DNA of 32,000 nt, from assembly GCF_000015585.1 (NCBI RefSeq), contig NC_008789.1, forward strand, positions 300,001 through 332,000, read 5' to 3'. The notes beneath the pieces are model-generated. The model made no database searches. It was not told the DNA's origin and saw only the letters and a program-made list of their open reading frames with translations. Origin of the DNA: Halorhodospira halophila SL1. Its GTDB lineage: Bacteria; Pseudomonadota; Gammaproteobacteria; Nitrococcales; Halorhodospiraceae. Shown in pieces: positions 1 through 8,525 of this stretch; position 1 is the stretch's first letter; the number at the start of each line of letters is the position of its first letter. The position numbers were made by a program, and so were the translations under genes.

Positions 1-167
1 ACCTCGGGGCAGACGGGCACGTAGCGGAAGTAGCGCGAGAGTGCCTCGGTAACGAAGGGGTTGCGCTTGTGACTGCCGTCGTAGCGCACCTCCTCGCCGA
101 GCAGGCAGCTGCTCACGCCCACCGGAATCTGCGGCTGCGACGCGGTCTGATCGCTTGGCCGGCTCAT
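1..167 (-). CDS. DUF523/YbbK-family protein (2-thiouracil-desulfurase-like), 5' fragment; gene continues past the window start
   Basis: Not in the ORF track because it is too short. ATG at 167..165 is preceded by a GGGAGAG SD and the frame stays open to position 1. Translation MSRPSDQTASQPQIPVGVSSCLLGEEVRYDGSHKRNPFVTEALSRYFRYVPVCPEV carries the GxSxCLLGxxVRYDG N-terminal pattern typical of DUF523. Confidence 0.45.
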   Translation of the reverse strand, partial: MSRPSDQTASQPQIPVGVSSCLLGEEVRYDGSHKRNPFVTEALSRYFRYVPVCPE

Positions 168-203
168 GCTCTCCCTAGGGTTGTACAACTTGTGTACAGC
201 ATT

Positions 204-941
204 CTAGCCATCCGCATCCACGCTTGCATCCACGCTGCGCAGGATCGCCCGGCGCAGCGCCGCCATGTCCGGGACCATCAGGCAGTCGGGCACGCCGTGG
301 GACGGCTCCGGCGGGCCGTAACGGCAGATCAACGCCGCCTGCATGCCGGCGGCCAGCGCCCCGGCGGCGTCGCTGTCCGGGTCATCCCCCACGTGCAGAA
401 CCTCGCCGGGGGGCGCCCCGGCGTGCTCGCAGGCCAGGGCGAAGATCTCCGGCTCGGGCTTGGGAATGTCGATGTCCACGCCGCGCACCACGAAGTGGAC
501 GTAGGGGCCGAGTTCGGTGCGGTAGACATCGGCGTTGCCGTTGGTGATCACGCCGATACGGAACCGCCCGGCCAGATCGCGCAGGGCCGGCAGCACTTCG
601 GGGAACGGGGCCACCCGGCTCTGCCGCGCCTCGAGGAACACGGCGAAGGTCTGCTCCACGAACCGCTCCGCCGCGGCTCCGTCGATCCCGCAGCTGCGGG
701 CGATCTCAGCCATGGTGGCACGGCGCAGGGTGGTGGCGTTGCGTGTGAGTTCCGGGCGCGCGGCGGCCAGTTCGCGGCGCAGCTGCCGCATGGTGTCGGG
801 ATCGAAGCGCTCGGCCACCACCGGGTAGGCGTCGCGCAGATAGTCGTGGAGGGTCTGCTCGGCCGCCGCGAGGACATCGTCGACGGACCAGAGGGTGTCG
901 TCGAGGTCGAAGGTCAGGGCCCGCAGGGGGGGACGGATCAT
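204..941 (-). CDS. HAD-superfamily hydrolase
   Basis: ORF 204..980. The internal ATG at 941 forms an ATGA overlap with the dnaQ stop. HAD motifs are present: FDLDDTLW (DxDxT), VITNG, HVGDDPDSD. Confidence 0.8.
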   Translation of the reverse strand: MIRPPLRALTFDLDDTLWSVDDVLAAAEQTLHDYLRDAYPVVAERFDPDTMRQLRRELAAARPELTRNATTLRRATMAEIARSCGIDGAAAERFVEQTFAVFLEARQSRVAPFPEVLPALRDLAGRFRIGVITNGNADVYRTELGPYVHFVVRGVDIDIPKPEPEIFALACEHAGAPPGEVLHVGDDPDSDAAGALAAGMQAALICRYGPPEPSHGVPDCLMVPDMAALRRAILRSVDASVDADG

Positions 942-1669
942 GATCCGGACGCCTCCTCGCCACGGGCCGAGCCGCGCCACAACGCCGGCCCGCCGCAGGT
1001 GGCCTCGATGCGCTGGAGCAGCTGCTCGTGGGCCTCGCGCTCGAGTTCACCGGGCTCCGGGACGCGCAGCCGCGGCCGCTCCGCCGACAGCCGCTGCACC
1101 GGCTCGGCGCCGCCCGGCTCCAGGCCCTCGCCCTCCAGGGAGAGCTTGCCCTGACCACCGGTCATGGCCAGGTAGACCTCGGCGAGCAGTTCCGAGTCGA
1201 GCAGCGCGCCGTGGAGTTCGCGGCGCGAGCCGTCCACGCTGTAGCGCTTGCACAGGGCATCGAGGCTGCAGCGCTGGCCCGGATGCATGCGCCGGGCCAT
1301 CTGCAGCGAGTCGGTGATGGTGCAGTAGTCCTCGAGCTGCCCCCACGCCGGCCCCAGACGGGCCAGCTCGGCGTCGATGAAGCCGACGTCGAAGGGCGCG
1401 TTGTGGATGATCAGCTCGGCATCCTGGACGTAGTCGACGAAGCGCCGGGCGATGTCGGCAAAGCGCGGCTTGTCGGCCAGGAAACGATTCGACAGACCGT
1501 GGACGTTCTCCGCCCCCTCGTCCACTGCCCGGTCCGGATTGAGGTACTCGTGGAAGTTGTTGCCGGTCAGCCGCCGGCGCACCAGCTCGACACACCCGAT
1601 CTCGATGATGCGGTGCCCCTCGGTGGGGTCCATGCCGGTGGTCTCGGTGTCGAGCAGGATCTGCCGCAT
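938..1669 (-). CDS. dnaQ: DNA polymerase III epsilon subunit (3'-5' proofreading exonuclease)
   Basis: 243-aa ORF with Exo motifs LDTETTG, HNAPFDVGF and HGALLDSELLAEVY. Length is typical for DnaQ. Confidence 0.9.
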   Translation of the reverse strand: MRQILLDTETTGMDPTEGHRIIEIGCVELVRRRLTGNNFHEYLNPDRAVDEGAENVHGLSNRFLADKPRFADIARRFVDYVQDAELIIHNAPFDVGFIDAELARLGPAWGQLEDYCTITDSLQMARRMHPGQRCSLDALCKRYSVDGSRRELHGALLDSELLAEVYLAMTGGQGKLSLEGEGLEPGGAEPVQRLSAERPRLRVPEPGELEREAHEQLLQRIEATCGGPALWRGSARGEEASGS

Positions 1670-1741
1670 GGCTCAGGGTCCGGATACATTGCAAGGATTC
1701 GAAACAGTCTGCGACGCGGCCCATCCAGGGTCAACGCAGGG

Positions 1742-1757
1742 TGTCACAAACGGCACA
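1742..1757. promoter_or_regulatory. NifA-type upstream activator site (TGT-N10-ACA), distal site for nifENX
   Basis: TGTCACAAACGGCACA is a perfect TGT-N10-ACA, centred about 118 bp upstream of the predicted nifE transcription start. Confidence 0.6.
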
Positions 1758-1771
1758 CCATAACGCCCGGC

Positions 1772-1787
1772 TGTCGGATTTGCGACA
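1772..1787. promoter_or_regulatory. NifA-type upstream activator site (TGT-N10-ACA), proximal site for nifENX
   Basis: TGTCGGATTTGCGACA is a perfect TGT-N10-ACA. It shares the TGTCG half-site seen at the nifH, nifB and rnf/nifA sites. Confidence 0.6.
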
Positions 1788-1841
1788 CACCCGCAAAGCC
1801 CACCCCCCCGCCGTGACGCGCCTCCCACCGCCGCCCGGACC

Positions 1842-1857
1842 TGGCACGCCCCTTGCT
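1842..1857 (+). promoter_or_regulatory. sigma54 (-24/-12) promoter of nifENX
   Basis: TGGCACGCCCCTTGCT matches TGGCACG-N4-TTGCW exactly, with GG-N10-GC spacing. It lies about 40 bp upstream of the nifE ATG. Confidence 0.8.
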
Positions 1858-1898
1858 GCACTGCGGGAGAAGCCACCCAGGACCGGAGCCGCCCGCCC

Positions 1899-3278
1899 AT
1901 GCGAAACCAGGAGATCGCCGCCCTCCTCGACGAACCGGGCTGCGCCCACAACCAGGGCAGCAAATCGGGCTGCGCGCGCCCCACGCCGGGCGCCGCCGCT
2001 GGTGGATGCGCCTTCGACGGCGCCCAGATCACCCTGCTGCCGGTGGCCGACGCCGCGCACATCGTCCACGGCCCCATCGGCTGCGCCGGCAGCTCCTGGG
2101 ACAACCGCGGCACCCGCTCCACCGGCCCCACCCTGTGGCGCATCGGCATGACCACCGACCTCAGCGAGCAGGACGTGATCATGGGCCGGGGCGAGGCGCG
2201 GCTGTTCCACGCCATCAAGCAGGCGGTGGACGATCACGCCCCGGCGGCGGTCTTCGTCTACAACACCTGCGTCCCGGCGTTGACCGGCGACGACATCGAG
2301 GCGGTGTGCCGCAGCGCCGAGCGCCGCTGGGGGACCCCGGTGGTTCCGGTGGACTGCGCCGGCTTCTACGGCAGCAAGAACCTCGGCAACCGCATCGCCG
2401 GCGAGGCGGTGGTCCAGCACATCGTCGGCACCCGCGAACCGGAGCCGGTGCCGGCGGAGCGCCGGCCGCGGGATCACCAGGTCCACGACGTCGGCCTGAT
2501 CGGCGAGTTCAACATCGCCGGCGAGTTCTGGAACGTGCTGCCGCTGCTCGACGAGCTCGGCCTGCGCCTGCTCGGCAGCCTCTCCGGCGACGCCCGCTAC
2601 CGCGAGCTGCAGACCCTGCACCGCGCCGAGGCCAACATGCTGGTCTGCTCCAAGGCCCTGCTCAACGTGGCCCGCACCCTGGAAGAGCGCTACGGCATCC
2701 CGTATTTCGAGGGCAGCTTCTACGGCGTCGCCGATACCTCCGCGGCCCTGCGCGGCTTCGCCGGGCTGATCGACGACCCAGACCTGAGCGCACGCACCGA
2801 GCAGGTCATCGCCCGCGAGGAGGCCCGTGCCGATGCCGCCCTGGAGCCCTACCGCGAGCGCCTGCGCGGCCGCCGGGCCCTGCTCTACACCGGCGGCGTG
2901 AAGAGCTGGTCGGTGGTCTCGGCGCTGCAGGACCTGGGCATGGAGGTGGTCGCCACCGGCACCCGCAAGTCCACCGAGGCGGACAAGGCGCGCATCCGCG
3001 AGCTGATGGGCGAGCAGGCGCAGATGCTGGAAAGCGGTGCGCCGCGGACGCTGATCGACACCGTCCGCGCCCACCAGGCCGACGTGCTCATCGCCGGCGG
3101 GCGCAACATGTACACCGCCCTCAAGGCGCGGATCCCGTTCCTGGACATCAACCAGGAGCGCCCCCACGCCTACGCCGGCTACACCGGCATGGTGGAGCTG
3201 GCCCGCCAACTGTGCCGCAGCATCGAGAGCCCGATCTGGCCGCAGGTGCGTGAGCCGGCTCCCTGGGAACGGCAGTAA
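1899..3278 (+). CDS. nifE: Nitrogenase FeMo-cofactor biosynthesis scaffold NifE
   Basis: 459 aa with NifD-like architecture and NifE hallmarks ([27 protein letters not shown]). Immediately followed by nifN. Confidence 0.93.
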   Translation: MRNQEIAALLDEPGCAHNQGSKSGCARPTPGAAAGGCAFDGAQITLLPVADAAHIVHGPIGCAGSSWDNRGTRSTGPTLWRIGMTTDLSEQDVIMGRGEARLFHAIKQAVDDHAPAAVFVYNTCVPALTGDDIEAVCRSAERRWGTPVVPVDCAGFYGSKNLGNRIAGEAVVQHIVGTREPEPVPAERRPRDHQVHDVGLIGEFNIAGEFWNVLPLLDELGLRLLGSLSGDARYRELQTLHRAEANMLVCSKALLNVARTLEERYGIPYFEGSFYGVADTSAALRGFAGLIDDPDLSARTEQVIAREEARADAALEPYRERLRGRRALLYTGGVKSWSVVSALQDLGMEVVATGTRKSTEADKARIRELMGEQAQMLESGAPRTLIDTVRAHQADVLIAGGRNMYTALKARIPFLDINQERPHAYAGYTGMVELARQLCRSIESPIWPQVREPAPWERQ

Positions 3279-3292
3279 CGGAGGACGGGGCC

Positions 3293-4669
3293 ATGACCCG
3301 CATCGAACGATCCACCAGCCCGCTGAGCGTCAACCCGCTGAAGGCCAGCCAACCGGTGGGCGGCACCCTGGCGACCCTCGGCTTCCGGGGGGCCGTGCCC
3401 CTGCTCCACGGCGCCCAGGGCTGCACCGCCTTCGGCAAGGTCTACTTCGTCCGCCACTTCAACGAGCCGATCCCGCTGCAGACCACCGCCATCGACCCGA
3501 TCAGCGCGGTGCTCGGCGCCGACGACAACGTCCTCGGCGCCCTGGACACCCTGTGCGGTAAGTCGGCACCGGCGCTGATCACCCTGCTGACCACCGGGCT
3601 CTCCGAGGCCGAGGGGACGGACATCGAGCGCCTGGTGCGCACCTTCCGCGAGGCACACCCGGAGCACGCCGGCACCGCGGTGGTCCCGGTGAACACCCCG
3701 GATTTCGTCGGCAGCCTGGAGAGCGGCTACGCCGCCACGGTGGAGGCGATCATCGAGCACCTGGTCCCCGAGGCGGCCAGCGCCGGCACCCGGCCCGGAC
3801 GGGCGGCGCGCCAGGTCAACCTGCTCCTCTCCGACGCCGTCTCCCCCGGCGACGCCGAGGCCCTCTGCGAACTGCTCGAGGCGTTCGGACTGGAACCGGT
3901 GGCCATCCCCGATCTGGGCGCCTCCATGGACGGCCACCTGGAGGACGGGGACTTCAGCCCGGTGACCACCGACGGCACGCCGCTGGACGCCCTGCGCGAA
4001 TGCGGCAACGCCGCCGCCACCGTGGTCGTCGGCGCCTCGCTGCACGCCGCAGCCGACCGGCTGCGGGCCCGCACCGGGGTGCCGGACTACCGCTTCGACC
4101 ACCTGATGGGGCTGCACGCCACGGACCGGCTGGTCATGGTCCTGTGTGCCATCGCCGGCCGCGAAGTGCCACCACCGCGGGTCCAGCGCCAGCGCCGGCA
4201 GCTCCAGGACGCCCTGCTCGATACCCACTCGGTGCTGGGCACGACGCCGGTGGGGGTGGCCGCCGAGGCCGACCTGCTCGCCGGGCTGACCACCCTGCTC
4301 CACGACGCCGGCGCCGAGGTGACCACCGCGGTGGCCCCGGAGCGCTCGCCGGTCCTCGACGGGCTGCCCGCCGGGCGGGTGGCGGTGGGGGACCTGGAGG
4401 CCCTGGAGCACCACGGCCGCGAGGACGGCGTCGAGCTGATCCTCGGCAGCGGCCACGCCGCCGCCACCGCCGGCCGGCTGGGGGTACCGATCCTGCAGTG
4501 CGGCTACCCGATCTGGGAGCGCGTCGGGCTGCACGCCCGCCCCCGGGTGGGCTACCGCGGCAGCCGCGACACCCTCTTCGAGCTGGCCAACACCCTTCTT
4601 GAGCATCGCGAGGTGCACGGCGACGTGCGCCCCTACCGCTCGATCTACCGCAGCGCGGACGCCGCCTGA
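3293..4669 (+). CDS. nifN: Nitrogenase FeMo-cofactor biosynthesis scaffold NifN
   Basis: 458 aa. N-terminus PLSVNPLKASQPVGGTLA...LHGAQGCTAF is typical NifN. Positioned between nifE and nifX. Confidence 0.92.
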   Translation: MTRIERSTSPLSVNPLKASQPVGGTLATLGFRGAVPLLHGAQGCTAFGKVYFVRHFNEPIPLQTTAIDPISAVLGADDNVLGALDTLCGKSAPALITLLTTGLSEAEGTDIERLVRTFREAHPEHAGTAVVPVNTPDFVGSLESGYAATVEAIIEHLVPEAASAGTRPGRAARQVNLLLSDAVSPGDAEALCELLEAFGLEPVAIPDLGASMDGHLEDGDFSPVTTDGTPLDALRECGNAAATVVVGASLHAAADRLRARTGVPDYRFDHLMGLHATDRLVMVLCAIAGREVPPPRVQRQRRQLQDALLDTHSVLGTTPVGVAAEADLLAGLTTLLHDAGAEVTTAVAPERSPVLDGLPAGRVAVGDLEALEHHGREDGVELILGSGHAAATAGRLGVPILQCGYPIWERVGLHARPRVGYRGSRDTLFELANTLLEHREVHGDVRPYRSIYRSADAA

Positions 4670-4679
4670 GGAGGTCGCC

Positions 4680-5165
4680 ATGACAGTCCGCCACCTGAAG
4701 GTCGCCGACAACGAGGTCCAGGAGGCCACCCACCCCGGATCGGTCCGCATCGCCTTCGCCACTGGCGACCGGCACACCGTGGATCAGCACTTCGGGCTGG
4801 CCAGCGGCTTCGCCATCTATCAGGTGGGCTGCTCAGGCACCCGGCTGCTGGAGGTGGCCGCCATCGAGGAGCCCGCCGACGCGGCGCCCGACTGCGACCG
4901 CCTCACCCCCCGCCTGGAGGTGGTCGACGGCTGCGCCGCCCTCTACTGCAACGCCATCGGCGCCCCGGCCGTGCGACGCCTGCTGGCGCAGCAGTGCCAG
5001 CCGCGCAAGGTCCCCCCCGGCACCGCCATCGACGCCGTGATCGGCCGCCTGATCGCGCAGTTGCGCGAGCGCCCGCCGGCGTGGCTCGGCCGCGCCCTGC
5101 GCGGCGACCCGCCCGGCGAAGAGCGCTTCGACGCCATGGAAGCCACCGGCTGGCGCGCCGACTGA
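4680..5165 (+). CDS. nifX: FeMo-cofactor carrier NifX
   Basis: ATG at 4680 with a GAGGAGG SD at about 4668. Dinitrogenase FeMo-cofactor-binding fold pattern (RIAFATGDRHTVDQHFG ... LYCNAIGAPA). The in-frame N-terminal extension from 4599 overlaps nifN and was discarded. Confidence 0.85.
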   Translation: MTVRHLKVADNEVQEATHPGSVRIAFATGDRHTVDQHFGLASGFAIYQVGCSGTRLLEVAAIEEPADAAPDCDRLTPRLEVVDGCAALYCNAIGAPAVRRLLAQQCQPRKVPPGTAIDAVIGRLIAQLRERPPAWLGRALRGDPPGEERFDAMEATGWRAD

Positions 5166-5195
5166 ACCGGACCGAACGAAGGAGGAACGCGCACC

Positions 5196-5705
5196 ATGTG
5201 GACCTGGAACCCGCAGGACGACCGCCCCGAGACCACCGCCACCGCGCAGGTCCTGGCGGACGACGACCCGGCCCTGGAGACCCCGTTCATCCGCGAACTG
5301 CTGCGCCAGGTCCGGGCCATGGACACCTTCGGCGCCTGGGAGCATTACAGTGATGCGGCGGTCATCGACCCGTTCATCCTCACCCCCGAGCGCAAGCGCG
5401 CCATCCCGGTGGTAGCCGACCCCGACGGCGAGACCGTGAACCGCGTACGCACCTTCTACAACGCCGTCGCCACCCGCATCGAGGCCCGCACCGGGGTGAT
5501 GGCGGTACCAGTGATCAATCTCAGCCACGAGGGCTTCGGTCGCGCCTTCGTCCTCGCCGGTAAACTGGTGGTGGTCGATAAACCGCTACGCGATGTCCAC
5601 CGCTTCGGCTTCGCCAGCACCGACAAACTGGTCCGCCGCGGCGAGCGCCTGGTGGACGGAGCCGTAGCGCTCGTCGAGCGCTTCCCGGAGGTGGCGCGGG
5701 CCTGA
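5196..5705 (+). CDS. NifX-associated nitrogen fixation protein (DUF269 family)
   Basis: 169 aa directly after nifX with an AAGGAGGA SD. Pattern FIRELLRQVRAMD...W...D...IDPFILT..RKR..P resembles the conserved nifX-downstream ORF family. Confidence 0.75.
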   Translation: MWTWNPQDDRPETTATAQVLADDDPALETPFIRELLRQVRAMDTFGAWEHYSDAAVIDPFILTPERKRAIPVVADPDGETVNRVRTFYNAVATRIEARTGVMAVPVINLSHEGFGRAFVLAGKLVVVDKPLRDVHRFGFASTDKLVRRGERLVDGAVALVERFPEVARA

Positions 5706-5706
5706 A

Positions 5707-5728
5707 CCCGCCGCCGTGCGCCGGCGGG
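5707..5728. terminator. GC hairpin between the convergent DUF269 and usp genes
   Basis: CCCGCCG / CGGCGGG forms a 7-bp stem with an 8-nt loop. There is no U-tract on either strand. Confidence 0.25.
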
Positions 5729-5739
5729 CCATGCACCGT

Positions 5740-6618
5740 TCAACCCTCGACCCCCGGGGCGTCGTCGCGAACCAGCAGCAGGTCCGTGGACAGCTCGCGC
5801 AGCAGCCGCGAGGCGACACTGCCGAGCAGCATATTGGCCCAGCGACCGCGGCCGTGGTTGCCCATCACCACCAGGTCCGCGCCCAGCCCGCCGAGGGCCT
5901 CGAGCAGGACGGTGGCCGGATAGCCAGCGTGCACCTCCAAGTGGACCTCGTCCGGGCTCAGCTCCTCGTCCCGGGCAAACTCCTCCAGTTCCGTGCGCGC
6001 CTCCTCCATCCAGCGCGTCTGCTGCTCCTGAATGTAGCTGTCACCGATGCCGGCAGCGCGCATGCGATCGAGTTCGGCGGTGTCCACCACATAGAGCAGG
6101 TAGAGTTCGGCGGCCGGGAACCAGCGCCGGGCGATCTGCAGCGCAGCCCGCGAGCACTCGGAGAAGTCCACCCCCACGACCACGCGCCGATACGGCGCAT
6201 CGGAATCGCGGCGGACCACCAGCGTCGGCGTCCGGGCGTGGCAGACCAGCTGCTCGGCGGTGGTCCCGAGCATCCAGTCGCGGACGTACTGCCGACCGTG
6301 GGCACCGACCACCAGCAGATCGGCGTCGCCCTCATCGGTGGCGCAGACCACCTCGCCGACCACATCGCCGATCAATACCCGGGGCTTGGCCCGGTGGCCG
6401 GGCGTGCCGGACTGCAGCTGCTGCTCGGCGGCGGCCTGGAAGACGCCTTCCCGGTCCGGCGAGCCACTGAGCGCACGCAACCCGGGCGAGTCGGTCTCGA
6501 TCACGTGGACCGCCTCCAACTGCGCATCGTGGGCCTCGGCCAGCTGCACGGCGCGGCGCCCGGCCCGTCCGGCGCGCTCGGACAGATCGCTGGCGAAGAC
6601 GACTTTCTGCATGCTCAT
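5740..6618 (-). CDS. Universal stress protein, tandem USP domains
   Basis: ORF 5740..6660. ATG at 6618 has an AAGGGGG SD. Two USP-like halves each end in a G-x2-G-x9-G(S/T)-type pattern (VVGAHGRQYVRDWMLGTTAEQL, VMGNHGRGRWANMLLGSVASRL). Confidence 0.8.
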   Translation of the reverse strand: MSMQKVVFASDLSERAGRAGRRAVQLAEAHDAQLEAVHVIETDSPGLRALSGSPDREGVFQAAAEQQLQSGTPGHRAKPRVLIGDVVGEVVCATDEGDADLLVVGAHGRQYVRDWMLGTTAEQLVCHARTPTLVVRRDSDAPYRRVVVGVDFSECSRAALQIARRWFPAAELYLLYVVDTAELDRMRAAGIGDSYIQEQQTRWMEEARTELEEFARDEELSPDEVHLEVHAGYPATVLLEALGGLGADLVVMGNHGRGRWANMLLGSVASRLLRELSTDLLLVRDDAPGVEG

Positions 6619-6791
6619 GGCGGCCCCCTTGATCCCATCAACCGGAAGAGTACGGTGCATCCGGCCCCGGCGCTTGCCCGGGTGCCGGTCTCCTCCTTAG
6701 ATTGTGGCACCATTGCCCGCGAGCGCGGGAGCCTCAGCGTGGCAACACGCCGCGGCCCCGGAGAATCCGATACTCAACAGGAGAGCTACCC

Positions 6792-7160
6792 ATGCTGCAA
6801 AAGGAACACATGCGCTTCGAGCTCGTCGCCTTCCTGGTGGCAGTCGCCACCGGCGTGCTCGGTGCCGTCGCGGCCACGGCCGGCGCTCACTGGTTCGGCG
6901 GGATCCTCATGGCGATCATGGCCCTGGCGCTGTTCATCCTCGTCATCCCCGGCATCGCCGCCAAGCTGCCGCCGGCCGCCCAGGCGCTGCCCGGAGCGCT
7001 GCTGCTGATCCTCGGTCTGTGGATGATGGCCGGGGTGGGCCAAGGGCTGAGCTTCCTCGGCTTGATCGCCATGGTGGTGGCTGTGGGCACCGTGCTGATG
7101 CCCTTTTACCTGATCGCCCTTGGTGGGCAGGCCTTCCACCTCAAGCAGCATAAGCGCTGA
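6792..7160 (+). CDS. Small hypothetical integral membrane protein (about 4 TM segments)
   Basis: ATG at 6792 with an AGGAGAG SD. 122 aa, almost entirely hydrophobic segments. No family recognised. Confidence 0.55.
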   Translation: MLQKEHMRFELVAFLVAVATGVLGAVAATAGAHWFGGILMAIMALALFILVIPGIAAKLPPAAQALPGALLLILGLWMMAGVGQGLSFLGLIAMVVAVGTVLMPFYLIALGGQAFHLKQHKR

Positions 7161-7211
7161 ATCGCAAAGACCCCGCGGGACGGCGTCCCCCCAGCCGCCG
7201 CCCCGCGGGGT
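7161..7211 (-). terminator. Probable intrinsic terminator of the nifHDK-fdx-nifY-fdx operon
   Basis: 7170-7185 pairs with 7196-7211 (10 bp + 5 bp, one mismatch, 10-nt loop). On the - strand RNA the stem is followed by CUUUGCGAU. It lies 22 nt downstream of the 2Fe-2S ferredoxin stop. Confidence 0.5.
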
Positions 7212-7232
7212 ATCCGGCCCGCCCTGCGCGGA

Positions 7233-7517
7233 TCAGGCCGGTTTCAGCGTCACGTCACCGAGGATCTGCGCCTGGCAGGCGATGCGCTGCTGCTTGCCGG
7301 CGAAGTGCTCGCGCAACAGCTTCTGCTCCAGCTCGGAAGGCGGGCTCAGGTTCTCCTGCCCCTCCACCACCTGGCACAGACAGGTGCCGCAGTCCCCCTC
7401 GCGGCAACCGTAGACGATCCCCGAACCGACCTTCTCCGAAAGCTCGATCACCCGGGTCCCGGCGGGTGCGCTGACGGTCAGATCGATGTCCTTGAACGTT
7501 ACCTGGGCTCTAGCCAT
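7233..7517 (-). CDS. [2Fe-2S] ferredoxin (plant-type Cys pattern)
   Basis: 94 aa with CREGDCGTCLC...C (C-x4-C-x2-C ... C). TAAGGAGT SD. Last gene of the nifHDK transcription unit. Confidence 0.8.
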   Translation of the reverse strand: MARAQVTFKDIDLTVSAPAGTRVIELSEKVGSGIVYGCREGDCGTCLCQVVEGQENLSPPSELEQKLLREHFAGKQQRIACQAQILGDVTLKPA

Positions 7518-7576
7518 CCCTTTGACTCCTTATCGTTTCTAGTTAGATTCTGGTTGCGGCCCGACCCGGCGTGCGG

Positions 7577-8284
7577 CTACGAGGCCGGTGCTGCCGCCGA
7601 CCGCCCGGCCATGAGCTTCGCCAGCCACGGCGGTGGGCGCTTGGCCAGCGCCGCGCTGAGTTCCTTCATGTGCCCCCCGGCGGCACCGCCCACGTCGCGC
7701 TTCATGGGGAAGACCCCGGCGTTGACCACCTTGGCCGCCGCCGGCCCGCCGATGGAGCAGCAGTAAAGCACCTGGCAGTCGGCGATCAGCGCCACCCGGG
7801 CGCCGATCCGATCATCCCGCCGCGTACCGCTGCCGCTCACCGCCTCGGCCACGGGCCGGACGTCGGCGAGCCGGCAGCCGGTGGCGGCGACGTCATAGAT
7901 CAGGAAGCGGGTGCAGGCCCCGAAGTGGCCGTCCAACTCCTCGCCGGTATTCGAGGCGCAGGCCACGCGGATGGCGCCCTCCGGCGACGGGCCCGACTCC
8001 GGCTCGGGGACCGGGTCCGTCGCCGCCTCCTCGCCGTGCAGGGCCCGGCACGCGGCCTCCAGGCGCGCTGCCGGGGCCTGCTGCACGGCCTCCAGGTGGT
8101 GGGCACCGCCGGCGTCGCGCAACCCTCGCGGGGTCACCCCGGCGAGCTTCTCGGCAGTGAGCGGGGCGCCGAGTAGTGCGGTGAGCACCCGCACCAACTG
8201 CGACACGTCGAGTTCCGGGAGCTCCCGGGCCGCCAGCCCGATGCGCAGGGCCAGCTCCGGTTGCAGTGAGGCGTCCTGCTGCAT
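7577..8284 (-). CDS. nifY: NifY/NafY-type FeMo-cofactor insertion chaperone (N-terminal NafY domain + NifX-like domain)
   Basis: ATG at 8284 with an AAGGAGGGGGA SD (codon 119 of ORF 7577..8638). N-terminus LALRIGLAARELP...L..LLGAPLT. The C-terminal half has the NifX-like RVACASNTGEELDGHFG ... LYCCSIGGPAA. Confidence 0.75.
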   Translation of the reverse strand: MQQDASLQPELALRIGLAARELPELDVSQLVRVLTALLGAPLTAEKLAGVTPRGLRDAGGAHHLEAVQQAPAARLEAACRALHGEEAATDPVPEPESGPSPEGAIRVACASNTGEELDGHFGACTRFLIYDVAATGCRLADVRPVAEAVSGSGTRRDDRIGARVALIADCQVLYCCSIGGPAAAKVVNAGVFPMKRDVGGAAGGHMKELSAALAKRPPPWLAKLMAGRSAAAPAS

Positions 8285-8298
8285 GCCGTCCCCCTCCT

Positions 8299-8499
8299 TC
8301 AGTCCGCCGGGACCACGCACTCGTCCACCTCGCAGACCTCCTCGCAGCGAGGCATCTCGAAGTGGCCCTCGCACTCGGTACAGCGGTCCGCGATGATCTC
8401 GTAGAGGCCCATCTTGTTGCGCTTGATGGCCGCCTCGGGGCACTCCGGCTCGCAGTCGCCGCAGCTGGTGCAAAGCTCGGGATCGATCTTCATGGCCAT
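8299..8499 (-). CDS. Small 2x[4Fe-4S]-type ferredoxin, nif-associated
   Basis: 66 aa with CTSCGDCEPECP and CTECEGHF...C...C motifs. GAGGGAGGGAAG SD. Starts 26 nt after the nifK stop. Confidence 0.85.
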   Translation of the reverse strand: MAMKIDPELCTSCGDCEPECPEAAIKRNKMGLYEIIADRCTECEGHFEMPRCEEVCEVDECVVPAD

Positions 8500-8525
8500 G
8501 CTCTTCCCTCCCTCGATCGCCGCGA

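Noticed and set aside
1731-3209. Long ORFs antisense to or overlapping the annotated genes. Examples: 1731-3209, 1853-3253, 3179-4777, 5716-7008, 8565-9842, 11349-12548, 12780-14708, 15188-16813, 17319-18479, 18320-20338, 21468-22943, 27083-28900, 28988-30358, 30222-31496.
   Set aside because: Their translations are Arg/Ala/Gly/Pro-rich low-complexity strings with no motifs, and each lies opposite or out of frame to a gene with clear family signatures. Stop-codon scarcity in high-GC DNA produces such shadow ORFs.
6629-6641. FNR/Anr-like palindrome TTGATCCCATCAA upstream of the USP gene.
   Set aside because: The spacing is TTGA-N5-TCAA rather than the required TTGA-N6-TCAA. It also sits only about 11 nt upstream of the start codon, overlapping the SD region.
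6705-6720. TGGCAC followed by TTGC (TGGCACCATTGCCCGC) upstream of the small membrane protein, which looks like a sigma54 promoter.
   Set aside because: The TTGC is 3 nt too close, so the GG-to-GC spacing is 9 rather than 12 nt register. This is incompatible with the -24/-12 geometry.
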